Shown here: one piece after another, positions 12,301-24,577 of the stretch
Layout: each line of letters begins with the position of its first letter
How positions within the stretch are numbered: the first letter of the stretch is position 1
Assembly: GCA_043228905.1 (NCBI GenBank)
Contig: JBHGNT010000014.1
Span: 15,996,001-16,060,000 of the forward strand
DNA: 64,000 nucleotides
Direction of reading: 5' to 3'
From: Azolla caroliniana
Lineage: Eukaryota > Plantae > Polypodiophyta
Notes under the pieces: model-generated
Databases searched by the model: none
What the model was told of the DNA's origin: nothing
Seen by the model: the letters and a program-made list of their open reading frames with translations, nothing else
Made by a program: the position numbers and the translations under genes

Positions 12301-15300
12301 AAAATATATATTTTTTACTTTACAATAATATATTCGTTAACCTGTTGCTATGCTTTGTTGAATAGCGCACGTGACATATGATATAATGAAGGTGTAAGAA
12401 AAAATATGGGTCTTCATTAGCATACCATAATTAATATCCACATTCATAATGATAATAATTATCAATAAAAATAAATGCGTCTTATCTTCAGCAATGTAAT
12501 CAAATGGTCATGCAAGATAAGGCATGCAATACTATAGGTATATATAGTTGCTAAGAATTACAAGCTCGACTTTAGTTCCCCAGGAAAGTTTTCAATAAAT
12601 ACCCACTTACTTTAGGTTTAGCCATTGTTTGCAACTTCTCTTAAAAAACTCGATAAATGAGCTCCAAAGCTAGGATGCTTGTACTTAATTAAAGATAAGG
12701 CACCAGAAACTCAAATCTTCTTCATTGCCAATGAAGACTTCATGTTATATGGTTTTGCTTGAATAATTAATAATTTGTAAATTTCTTTATATGATGTTAT
12801 AGATATTATTCAATATTTGTGCACATGCCATATTAATTAATCTTCGAGTATCATCTTCATTATTTATAAAATACAATAATTTGAAGTGATCTGCTAATCT
12901 TGGTTTGCCTTTCCAAGTCGTTCTTTTTTCAAATGAGGTTAGGCTATATCTTTTTCTCATGTAGAGTTTTGTTGTGACTCTTGGTTGGAGAAGGCCACAG
13001 TTGGTTTTCTTCACCATCAGCAAGATCATCAACATCAAGATGAGATCACATTGATCCGGTCGTTGCATAGCCAGTGGAAGGGTGAGGTTCAGATAGCAAG
13101 GGCAGGTCGAAAGACTGCAGCCACATCAATCCCCTTCTTTAATTTATTTTCTTTTCTTCTCTTTTATTTTCTTGTTGGGTCACACTGCAATTGTCTAGCT
13201 TCTGCTACCAACTCCCCCATTAGACCATCTGACTTTACCATAGCAAGGAATAACATATGTGATACTGATCAGATACCTGATATTTCATGCTGATTTCAAT
13301 CTTGATTTCTCATGTTACCTTAATGGAAATGCTTGTGTAAAGCTTCTCGTTGGGGGTTCAATTAAATGCTTATATTTTTACTGCTTGATGTAAAACTTCT
13401 TGGAAATCTCCAAATCTTCTTTCATGTTCTATAAATTTACAACCTCGGATTTTCTAGAAAATTCTAGCTATCAAAGTATAAAAAGGAGCCTTGAGCTACA
13501 ACCTCCTCAGCCTTGCCAACACTCCCATGCAACACAAGAGAGTTTTGTATGTGTCTTGTTCTTATTCTTCTGGTCATTGAGTTCCCATTCCATCTCGTTT
13601 TATATCATTTCTTATGATCAAGTTCTTGTAAATTATCATAAGATCTGTTCCATTGCTGATTATAAAAATAAAGTAACGGTGATTTCTTGCATATGAAGAA
13701 GTCTAAAGTTATGATCCACATGGGCACCATAGCATATCTTTGTTTTGACCTGATTTCTTCTATTATGATAGTCTTCTATATCGATGACCACAAAAAATCG
13801 TGAATTAATAGATATAATGTTCTCTGGGAGAGAGAATCAAATGAGATATAATGTTCTCTGGGAGCAAATGAGTGAGGATCTTGAGAGGAGCAAATGAGTG
13901 AATAGAGATTAAGCTGCATGAAAAGAAATAGACCAAATATGGCATTGTTATCTAGAGTATATGTACTAGGGAAATGTCATTTCCCACAGCATCGAACTGG
14001 TGAATATTCTGTGTCACTTCCCAACAAGGACAAACAACATTGATTTTGACAGAAAGTATATAATGCTCCAGCTACATAGAAATTAAAATTCTTTGAAAGG
14101 CACAGTATCTCAGCTAGTTTGCAGTCAATATTTTCATTGCAACTATTTCATACATGCTCCATTAAATTTCATATTAACACCAACAACACAAACAGGACAA
14201 AATCCTTTGCAACGAGATAGTGGTTCTCGTAATGTGTTATCTATATTGCCATCCTCCCTTCATAAATGTGCCAGTAAATGTCTTATAAACTGGTATTCCA
14301 AACTTCTTCTCAAATATTACTATATGCTGATGATATTGTGCTGATTTCTGACTCTCCGGAGGGACTACAAAGACATCTAAATGCCTTAAAAACTATTTTG
14401 TACAGACAAAGGTTTGTCAATCAACATGAATAAAACTAAAGTGATGGTGTTTAACACCACCCAAGCATGGGTAACAAGATCAAAACCAGAATTCTTCTTG
14501 GGAGAGGAGAAGGTGGAATACACACGCTCCTACACATACCTAGGAGTAACATTTACAGGACCTAGGTTCTCCTTACAAGAGGCTGCTTGTGCCCGACTTT
14601 CTCGTGCATATGCAGCCCTTGGTGCTCTCGAGAGACAATGTACACATTTGCAGTTCCAAGAGCCACGGACTAAGCTATGGTTATTTGATACACTTGTCAC
14701 ACCAACTCTTCTCTATGGAATAGAGACATGGGGACCGAGTCTTAATAAGGCAAATCATTAGAAAGATTTAGAGAGACCTTTAGTGTCAATGATTGCTCGC
14801 ATGATAAGGAGCAAAGCATGGTGCCCCACGATATAATCCAGGCAGAGATGGGATCAACACCTATAATAACCGAGGCGCTGTTCCGATTAGTGACATTTAT
14901 CCAACGTCTTTGGGAGCTCCCTAAACGAAGGTACCCAAGGTTGGCACTTATGTCATCAAAACAACTGGCTGAAAATGGAGACACTCATTGTTGGTATGCT
15001 AAAATGCAGCAATGGTTCGAGCCACATGGCATGAGTATAAATGCACTACCCCCGTTCCAATATAGCTTGGACTGTTCCCATCTAAATATGACCAAAGTGG
15101 AAAAGAATAGAGTGATCCGCACTGATATTATTAACTTAGAAAACAAGATAACATGGATCAGCCCCAAAATACCACTTGGTACAAAGATGGCCCACTATAA
15201 GACACTTCTTACATGCATCGGAGGATGGATTTGTCATCAGGCCACCTTATATGGACATACATCTATCCTATGTGCTGCGTAGTGTGATAGGGCAGATGCG

Positions 15301-18300
15301 AACTTCATCACATCAGCTACAGATTGAGGTAGGCAGATATACACGACTACCTCTAGAAGAGAGAATTTGCCAATTGTGTCCTCAAGAAGTGGAATCTGAA
15401 GAACACTATGTTTGTCATTGTAGTGTCTTTTATGAAATCAGAGGGAGATACCATTGCCTCTTTAAACAAGGCTTTGGTCCACTACGCAAGGTAATGGAAT
15501 ATGAGGACCAACGATGCCTAGGACTTTTCTTGCTAGAGCTCAAGAGACATCGGGAAAAGTTGTTGAAGAATACAGCCACACAAGCTCATCCACAAAGAAC
15601 AATCACAACTTTCTTTAGCCCCATCACTCCTAATGCTAGAAGTCAACCCTGGGATACACAAATGGGCTTCAGACCAGGACATAACAAAGGGATTACAATT
15701 GATCGGGCAATGGCAATTTGCCGTGCACATCGGCCTCGGCCCCATGGACCACGACCTCGACACCCTTGTCATCGACAGATAAAAGCCATTATCTCTCGCC
15801 ATCGTAGGTGCTTCCCTCGCTTCGGAGACATTTCCATTTTGGATTGACCTATGCTAGAGATCTTTCAAAGACAAAAGCTACAATATACCTAATTTGAGGA
15901 TCTCACATGTGCCAAAAACCAGATTCCCTCATTAATTTTCCTTTCATGTTATTTACTTTTATATTTACTGTGTAATATTTATTTTATTTTGATTTTTTCT
16001 CAAGACGAGACAACACTTAAGATGTAATCTCTTATTTGGTCTTATAGGCCATTTTGGCCTCTTAAAAGACATTAATATATCTTTCTTTCTTTCTTTCTTT
16101 CTTTATCTAACCAAGGATAGTAATGTAATTAACGTCTCTTCTTCTCCCCTATGCCTAAACTAGTTGCACATACTAAATCTAATCCATCAAATGCAATCAA
16201 CTCACCAGGTATACAAGAAAACACGGCCAAGATCAAAAGCTTTTGAAATGTATTGCAGAGGATATGTCCACAAAAATGGCATTCCAAGAGAAATCTGCAA
16301 AATGATCAGAAATCTTCCATGAGCAATATCTAAAACTATGAGCTCCTTTAGATACATTGGAGACTTATAAATTACATGAGAAATATCAAACCTCAATTTA
16401 TCAATTAATAGTATGATCAGTATACATCAAGAAATTAAAAACGTGGTCTATGAACAATAATAAAAAGACACTCATAGGACTGAAATCAATCTTCGCAGCA
16501 GGTGGCTTAAAGTTGTGATCAAAGCAGGTGAGGTCAATGGGTTTAAGCATGAGGTAGCTAAGGTGAACTCGGGAGAAGAATACTGTCAGAATCAGCACCA
16601 GTGCGGATATCCTTGTCAAACTCAAAAAGTGCAGACATATACGCCAAGTGTTACAATCATCACCAAGGGTAAACCAGTGGATGTTACCTCCCCATGTTAC
16701 CTTTTTCAGCCTAAAAATTCATGATTTATCTAGGTGTCTCAACCAAACAAGCAATTTGATTTCCCTACTTTATCCAATGATTTGGGAAACAGTACAGTTT
16801 CTTTCAAAAAATAACTTAGTTATTGAATGGGTTTCCCACTCCTCCCTACATAGTGCAGCCTCTCTCTTGCAAACTTCTGATTCCTAATCTATGATGGTTG
16901 GAATTGATCCATTTAGTTTCAGCTTTTTATCTCTGGTCCCTAGAGCAATCACACCAAGTTTGTACTCTGGAATCTGGATGATGTTTTAATATGTTAGAAC
17001 TTACATGTTTAATTACATATTATGTCATAATTTAATACATGGATAAATATGTTTCACATTCTACAATTTTATCCCATGTTTTCCTTGGAGGGATTCTGTT
17101 TCTGACCATACCCATTTCCCAACCATGCTCTACAGATTTCCTGAACCCACAATCTTTATATACATTATGAAGTGTCACCTTTACCATTATAGGTATCATC
17201 TACCAACATCATGTTACAAAAGTCAACAATCATAACACTGCAGGATTAGTTTGGCACAAGTACTAATTCTGTATTTCAAGATATAAGAACCATGCCCTTT
17301 CCTCCATTTATCCCGTGTACATTTAACACATCCAGCCTTTTCACAGAGGAACCTACAAATGCTAGCTCAAGCATCCATTAAAATAAAGGGAAAAGTACCA
17401 GGATACCCCTGGAAGTTCCAAATTTACCAAACTACCCCTATGTCCAAAAAATTACACTTTATAAAGTAATTATACACTCAAATCTACAAGCCCTATTTAC
17501 CAAGGATGGAAGAAATGGACCTGAACTAGCCCTATTTACCAAAGATTTGAGTGTATAATTACTTTATAAAGTGTAATTTTTTGGACATAGGGGTAGTTTG
17601 GTAAATTTAGAACTTCCAGGGGCATTCTGGTAAATAGACAAACTTCCAGGGGTATCCTGGTACTTTTCCCTAAAATAAACTCATGCTACCTCAATTGTTT
17701 GTATGGAAGTCTGCTTAGCAGTGAAACACATCTCCAAAGATATGCTTAGTTGTGCAATACACATCTCCAATGAATTTGGCAATCTATTAACACTCAAGTA
17801 AACATTTCTGGAAATTAGCTGTATCACAGCATTCTAAGTTTGTTGTGAGTTGCCTGAACTCTAGGATTTTTTAAGAGCCTCATACATATTACCCCATACA
17901 TTATCTATTTTGAGAGCATCCTCCAATATCACATTCCAACAATGATCTCTCAGGCACAGTATAATGCAAACTCCCCAAGTCCATCCAAAGTTTCAGAAAT
18001 CCCCATCCATAATAACATGATTTAGGTAAATAGACGAGGTCATATGTCGGATGTCGGAATGTTTTCTCGATAGCACTGCTTACTATTACAATACAAACAT
18101 CAACCCTGAATGTTGGATTTAATATAATGCAAGAAGGCTTCTTGATCATATTCAACATTATCCCATTCTTAATATAAGTATTAACTTTCTTAGAGCCCTG
18201 ACACTCCTTTAAACTCGATAATGCAAGCTCAGTATGGAAATTGCATCACAGCATCAAAATCTGTCAAATATAAAGGCATGTAAGATATGTGAGGAAGGGC

Positions 18301-21300
18301 TAGTAGAGGATGAGTATCACTTGCTTTTTACATGCACCGCATATAGTGAATTCGTGAAAGCTACAATGACAGATTAAGAGGGGGTGATGACTTGAGTGTC
18401 ACACTAAAGAGAATGTCAAGAAGGTTGAGCTCATATGTGTATGTCTTATTCATACATCAAGACTTTGTGTTTCAAAGTATGAATCTCCCTTCTTGGGAAG
18501 GATACATACATCAAGAAAACTTGTGTACTTAGGTTCCATGGGTCAATATTGGCCTCTCTATGGACGCTAAAAAATATCTAATATAATCTACTATTTCTTA
18601 TGTGCAACTTTGGAAACCTCATCAGATCTTATTTTAAATTTATTCAATAAAAATTAATGTAACATTCATCACTTATAAAATAGTCCTAATTCTGGAATAG
18701 AGATCCCAGAAATATAATCTCAGTATTTTGCCAACTTTCAATAAATTGCCTGCATCTATGGCAGACCAAACTGCAATACCTAAATCATTCAGAATTTAAA
18801 ATTGATTTCTAATTCACTCTGTAATAAACAATCAGTTATTGATTTGCCTGAAGGGATGCAGCAAGTGAGAGTGTCAGCAGTGTGTCCCCTAGGCTCAGTT
18901 CCTGTGTGACAAAGATATTAAAGAGATTATAATCTTTTCGTGAGTAATGTTGCGAAAATGTTTGAAATGATCAAAAGACTACAATGATAATTTGTTGCTA
19001 TATGTTACAATAAGTGCACATTCATCACAGCCCAGAAGCATACCTCCAGTAACAATAACAGCAAAGATGGTGCATATAGAAGTACATTCATCTTGACAGA
19101 TACTGCAAAACTGCATAAAAAGCCAACATGAATTCATTGCAACAATGACTTATCAAACATTTGCATCCCAAGAAGCCAAAGGATCATTTGAAATTACCTA
19201 AAAATCACTATTCCAACCTTCCATTTATGATTCTGGAAAAAAATTATCGCCAAATGTGCCAACATTGTAGCAATGCAGTCATTGAACAATCTAAGCACAA
19301 AAATAGAATGCATTCTTTTTGAAAGGCAGAGCAAAGGAAGACCCCACCATGGCAGCTGTAAAACCAAATTTAGTGTTAAATCAAGAAAAACATATCCTTA
19401 TTATTCTGGAATAAAAACACAATAGCAACATGCTTCTTTATGAAGTAAATTGCATCCAAGGAGTCAAAGATTCAAATTTTTGACAGATGCCAGTATGTGA
19501 AAATGCTCAAAGAAGTCAGCCCCCCCCCCATTGCTCTTATTGGTAACCCAAGCACATTTGTTATAGAAACGATCTTTTATTTTCATCCAGCACATTGATA
19601 TGAGAGAATAATAGTTTCTTGCATGACTATTGCCATATAAGTGTTGCAAATATGGAAACACAACAAAATTGTGGCACAAGATATGGAAACAAACAAAAAA
19701 CACAGAAAAACAATGCAAGCGATCTAACTTCTCTAGTAATTGGTCTCTTGTCTAGGTAATTTCTCTCGTAATTGACCTCCTATCTAGGAGACATCTCCAT
19801 GTCAAAAATCTCAAACGGTTGGTGCTAGCATAATGCAAAATACATGGTTGATGAGAATGCATTGCAAGATCGATCCATAATATGATGAGAGGTATGGAAC
19901 CAAATATACCAAGCAATTTAGTCTCCCCATGGTCTTATTACAGGTAGGAAGGGCACGATGGGGTTATAGTTTGCTTGCATCCCCATCACATGATTGGAAA
20001 ATCAAGACAAAAACACATTGATTGTTAAACCTATCCAACCATGAAATGCACACAATAATTAGTTACGAACATTAGAGGGAGGATATTTTAGTGTTATTGT
20101 TTGATTAGATTCAGATTAGCTCATTATAAAATCACGTAAAAGAAAATGTATTGCTCATTGAAGCGGCCACAACAACTAGTTACAAAAGTTTTCTCTGTGA
20201 TAAAATTATATTATTAGTGGGAAGCCTCATATGAGGTATAAACCTACAGTAGAGATTCAGTTTGGAGTACTATTTCTCCAACCATCTTCATTCTTTAGAG
20301 AATCGAGTTGTGAAAATATGGCCATGCACCTGGATATCAACTAAAAGTTGAGGGATATTGACAATGCATACATAATATAAAGTTAAGTCTTATAAAGACA
20401 GCACAAATTTCCACTGTATCTACGTTCACGTTCATATATTGATGGGAAGACAAGATTTATCAGAAGATATTCTAAGTCTCTTGCATTGGTGAAATATCTA
20501 GCACAAATATTAAAATATGAAGACAACCTAACAAAAATTGAGCCTCCCCCCCCCCCCCTACTTTCCCCACTCTTACAGCTAGCTTTGCATTCTTTTTGGG
20601 CAGAATGAGTCATATTTGGTATCCTGAGGATGGTAATATATGTTTCTATGTATCTGTAATTTTCCTTCTATCATTTTTAAGAACTTACAGAACCCACAAG
20701 TCTAAATCAAAGAACCAGTCAAATATTAGAATATGAAGACAACCTAACAAAAATTGAGCCCCCCCCCTTTCCCCGCTCTTACAGCTAGCTTTGCATTCGT
20801 TTTGGGCAGAATGAGTCGTATTTGGTATCCTGAGGATGGTAATATATGTTTCTATGTATCTGTAATTTTCCTTCTATCATTTTTTAGAACTTACAGAACC
20901 CACAAGTCTAAATCAAAGAACCAGTCAAATTATTTGCCTAATTCAAGCATTTTCAAGTGGCTTTTTGAATATAACTTATAAAACTCACCACTTTAGTTTG
21001 ATAATAGAGTACCATGACGATGCCCAAATTCAACACGTAGAGAAAAAAAAATATAACCTGAAAAATATGGCAAAAGAAATTAGAAAATTCACAACAAAAA
21101 ATTCTAGAACATGAGAGAGGCTCAACTTATAGCAATACATCAAAAGCGCTAATGAAACTATGGACAAATATATGAAATGTGTCATAATTCTATTCATTTG
21201 GTACCGTTAGAGGTTCCAATTGGAAGCCCTCTCTGGGTGAGAACAGTGTTTCCTATCACAATTATCTTATATGCTATTACAATGCTGAAATCTTCCAGAA

Positions 21301-22431
21301 AACTGCTAGAAAGGCATTCTATCTGAATGATCCACAATATCACAAGCTTTTCAACCAGTTGTTAACAATTCAATAGTTCCTGTCCCAATACCACCAAGAC
21401 CCAATACATCTCATTTATGGAAAAGATCAGGCAGAAATCAACATTTCACAAATTAGATACTTCTCTTGAGGCATGCAACCTTGATACATTTCCATAATTC
21501 TAGCTCTGATACTATCAGACATTCATGTGCAGTAATTTCTATCCATATTAGTGTCAAAGATAACATGCCTGTTAGAAATATGTCAGCAAAAGAACAGATT
21601 ATGCAAGAGTAAGCTTCCCACCTGTGCCGGAAACACTTCGCCTCCAGTGAGATGTTTGATAGCAGAATAGCAGTAGAGAAATCCTGCAGGGTACACCAAG
21701 GGACCAGTATCTCCTTTAAGGTTTGCATAGTTCCTTTCTCCTTCCAAGAATCCATTTACCTGTTGCATCAACAAGTCTTTCTATTAGCACATCATTTACA
21801 TAAAACAAACACCTACACCTAAAAATATTCATAATACAAGACAAAAACCAACATAGCAAACAAACTTCATCACCTGAATCACTCAAAGTAAAAAACAACA
21901 ATCAACATACCAAACAAAATTTATCGCCAGAATCACTAAAATACAAAACAACATTTAACATCCAATATTCAGAATTTCCACATTCCACTCCACATTCCAC
22001 ATTCAAGCTTAAACATTTAAATCACATCCAATAACTACATTTCAACAATCAAGATTCAAAATTCAAAACTTATATTTCAAACAACATCAGACATCCAAAA
22101 TTCAACATTCATTCCCGAATTCTGAAGAAAATAAGTTCACCTGAGACATGTAGGCATCCCAGTCGATCTTCGTGTCTGCAAATTAAGTCCCAAGATGAAT
22201 CCAAAGAAACATTTATAGGAGATATGGAGTAATGAAACATATAGAAAATACGAAAGGATGCCAAGAAAAGGATGTGATGGACATACATGGAACTTTGTAG
22301 ACTATGAGAGCTGTAAGGATGGAGTCAGCCAGGAGCAGGGCAGCAATGGGGAGGAGGTCTTTCTGGTTCCAACGACTGCTTGAACCATCATGTGACTGCT
22401 TCCTGTGGGGTGAGAAGCTCGATCGCACCAT
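6374..22431 (-). CDS. ALG3: Dol-P-Man:Man5GlcNAc2-PP-Dol alpha-1,3-mannosyltransferase (ALG3), 13 exons, 428 aa
   Basis: Exons: 22431-22287, 22175-22141, 21759-21622, 21057-20989, 19355-19198, 19110-19044, 18901-18848, 16294-16206, 10938-10822, 7735-7626, 7535-7457, 7377-7321, 6542-6374 (1287 nt, in frame). ALG3 motifs: [92 protein letters not shown]-terminal KKSA-stop is an ER-retrieval signal. Confidence 0.96.
7749..7994. repeat. Direct duplication of ~100 bp in ALG3 intron 9
   Basis: AAAGAGTTTAGAACT...TAAAATAAAAGAGGAAAGAGCCA occurs at ~7749-7851 and ~7892-7994. Confidence 0.8.
8040..9260 (+). mobile_element. Degenerate RTE-X-like LINE reverse-transcriptase fragment in ALG3 intron 9
   Basis: Remnants of [13 protein letters not shown], a decayed YADD ([22 protein letters not shown]) and downstream blocks homologous to 14500-14830. 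Many stops. Confidence 0.75.
8278..8880. repeat. Tandem triplication of a 201-bp unit
   Basis: The unit CATCCTGGTATTAATATATGAC...GAAAGACAGTTGAAGA starts at 8278, 8479 and 8680. The copies are essentially identical by eye. Confidence 0.95.
14311..16104 (+). mobile_element. 5'-truncated RTE-X-like LINE in ALG3 intron 8, antisense to the host gene
   Basis: [45 protein letters not shown], and the C-terminal Cys/His motif [32 protein letters not shown]. Contains frameshifts and a stop. A 3' UTR ends in a (CTTT)n tail. Confidence 0.88.
17388..17670. mobile_element. Mutator-like fold-back MITE (283 bp) in ALG3 intron 7
   Basis: Ends GGGAAAAGTACCAGGATACCCCTGGAAGTT / AACTTCCAGGGGTATCCTGGTACTTTTCCC with ~100-bp inverted arms. 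9-bp TSD TAAAATAAA at 17379-17387 and 17671-17679. Confidence 0.92.
18180..18590 (+). mobile_element. Degenerate RTE-X-like LINE 3' fragment
   Basis: Translates to [26 protein letters not shown], the same Cys/His motif as the other LINEs. Boundaries are approximate. Confidence 0.7.
20506..20930. repeat. Tandem duplication of ~215 bp in ALG3 intron 4
   Basis: AAATATTA(A/G)AATATGAAGACAACCTAAC...AAGAACCAGTC begins at 20506 and 20721. The copies differ mainly in a poly-C run. Confidence 0.92.
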
Positions 22432-22879
22432 GGCTATTATGCAAAGGCAAGCGAGATCTGTCTGAACAGAGGAGGGGTAGAAGAAAAGAATTATGACTGG
22501 CCTCTGTTTTGTATATTCATTTCAAACATTATGCGAATGCACGTATGGTTCATTCTATACGTGCATTCGCATTCGAATAGGTTTCATTCGCGTATGGTAA
22601 ACAGCTTTGAAATATGGTAAATACCATACTTTTGTATTCATTATTTATTATAAGGTAAGGTAAATCTTTTTTAAGGTAAGAAAGATAAGGTAAAAGGTGT
22701 TACAAAAAACATACGAACGTTTTTATAACATACTCATTCGCATGCATTCGTATGAAAAAGAACGTTGTGCCAATGCATTCCAGTATTTTACTTACTATGG
22801 ACTATAGACACAAATCACAATTAACTACTCATCGCCCAATCCAACTTTATAATTCTCTCTAAATGTGTGGTCAAATATA

Positions 22880-23160
22880 GCATTGCAATTAGAACTCCTC
22901 ATTAGATCTTTGTTCTGTTCTTTCTCAATAGGATTGCAATTAGAACTCCTCCTTAGATCTTTGTTTTCGTTCTTAATATTTGGCCATGCATTGCATTTGC
23001 AATTAGAAATCCTCGTCAAATCTTTGTTGTGTTTTTTCTCAATATATCGGCCACACATTGCATTTGCAATTAGAAATCCTCATCAGATCTTTGTTGTGTT
23101 TTTTCTCGATATATTTGGCCACACATTGCATTTGCAATTAGAAATCCTTGTTAGATCTTG
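22880..23160. repeat. Degenerate tandem array, 5 units of ~51-68 bp, upstream of ALG3
   Basis: The core TTGCAATTAGAA(A/C)TCCT...A(G/A)ATCTT recurs at ~22883, 22934, 22997, 23064 and 23132. Confidence 0.8.
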
Positions 23161-23589
23161 GTTCTACTCTTTCTATGTATACATTTAAAAGTGGTGCGTT
23201 AAGACAATTTTGTATGAGTGAAAGAAGACCAACCCACCCTAGATTTTTCTCTAAGAGAGGACCCTTCAAGATTTCTCAATTTCGTAATTTCTAGGATTTA
23301 AAATTGTTCTTTCACAAAGCATAGTATCTAATTCCTATCTTATGATGGCATTTATGTCTTTTACATCTTTAAGGCCAACTTTAGTCTCGATGTAAGATTA
23401 CTATTTGCAAATAATGACAAATATATCTTTTAAACAAAGTTTAACCCTCTTTTTCTGTTTTGCATGTAGAGTAACAATATGCAATGATTAGTTGGGAACA
23501 ATAAGAATGATTGTACCCAACTAATTCCTAGTCATGATTTTTTGAGTCCCCATATAAACGATACTCTTTCCATCAATGCTTGGGTCTAT

Positions 23590-24577
23590 CAACACACACC
23601 TTAGCAAAACGAAGTAGCCGAAAGGAAAATTCGACACATATTGGAGGTGGCAAGAGCAATGATGAACTAGAAAAACCTACCGAAGTTGTACTGGGCAGAA
23701 GCGACAAACACAACTATCTACCTCATGAATTAGTGCACAACATCAGGAATGCATGATGTCACACCCCACGGGAAGTTTTCGGAAGAAGCCAAATTTATCC
23801 CACGTCAGGATATTTGGTTCAATTGCTTATGTACATATTCCCGACAAGAAGCGACAGAAGCTCGATCCTAAATCGGAGAAATGTATCCTCATAGGGTACT
23901 CACTCGAACAAAAGGGGTACAAGTGTTATAATAAAAATTTCGAGTGAGTCGGGACGTCATTTTCGACAAGTCGGCATCATGGTATGAACTAGAGTCGACT
24001 TCAACTCCGATCCCAGTCGACATGAATTCGTTCGACCAACAGATAGAACACGTTAGTCAACTAAGGCATATAATAGAACAAAACCCAATTACAACTAGGC
24101 TCAGTGAGCCACAAGAGCCTCTGAACGACCAAAGCACATCTCGGTTGAGTTCAAAGATGAACAAAGGGAAGGCCAAAATGCCATAGTACGAAGATCCAAA
24201 TGACAACGAATCAACTCACTCACTCGACAGTGAGTTTGAAGGCCTTGATGATCTTATTATGCTGACGAATGGAGTAAAGAAGGTCATAGCTACCACAAAC
24301 GAGAAACTTTGTCGCTCCACCCGAGAGAAAAAAACGATCAGACGATTTAGCTAAAATGACTACATGGCATATCATTATGCCTTTATGATGAACGTGGCAA
24401 TAGTGTGAGAACCGGAAAATTTTTCCGAGGTAGCCAAGGATCCATAATGGGTCGAAGCCATGAATGAGGAGATCCAGGCATTATGCAAGAACAAGACATA
24501 GGATCTCATCCCCACTCACCACACAAGAAAGCGACCAACTATAGGTGGATTTACAAGGTCAAATATAATGCTAACGG
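23590..24577 (+). mobile_element. Degenerate Ty1/Copia element, left part (integrase to start of RT); nest level 1
   Basis: QNEVAERKIRHILEVARAM, HVRIFGSIAYVHIPDKKRQKLDPKSEKCILIGY, SRDVIFD, WVEAMNEEI, WIYKVKYNANG. Breaks at 24577 and resumes at ~41999. Confidence 0.9.

Noticed and set aside
20383-20613. ORF with LINLVF..IY considered as ALG3 exon 4
   Set aside because: The exon at 21057-20989 fits length, phase and sequence far better.
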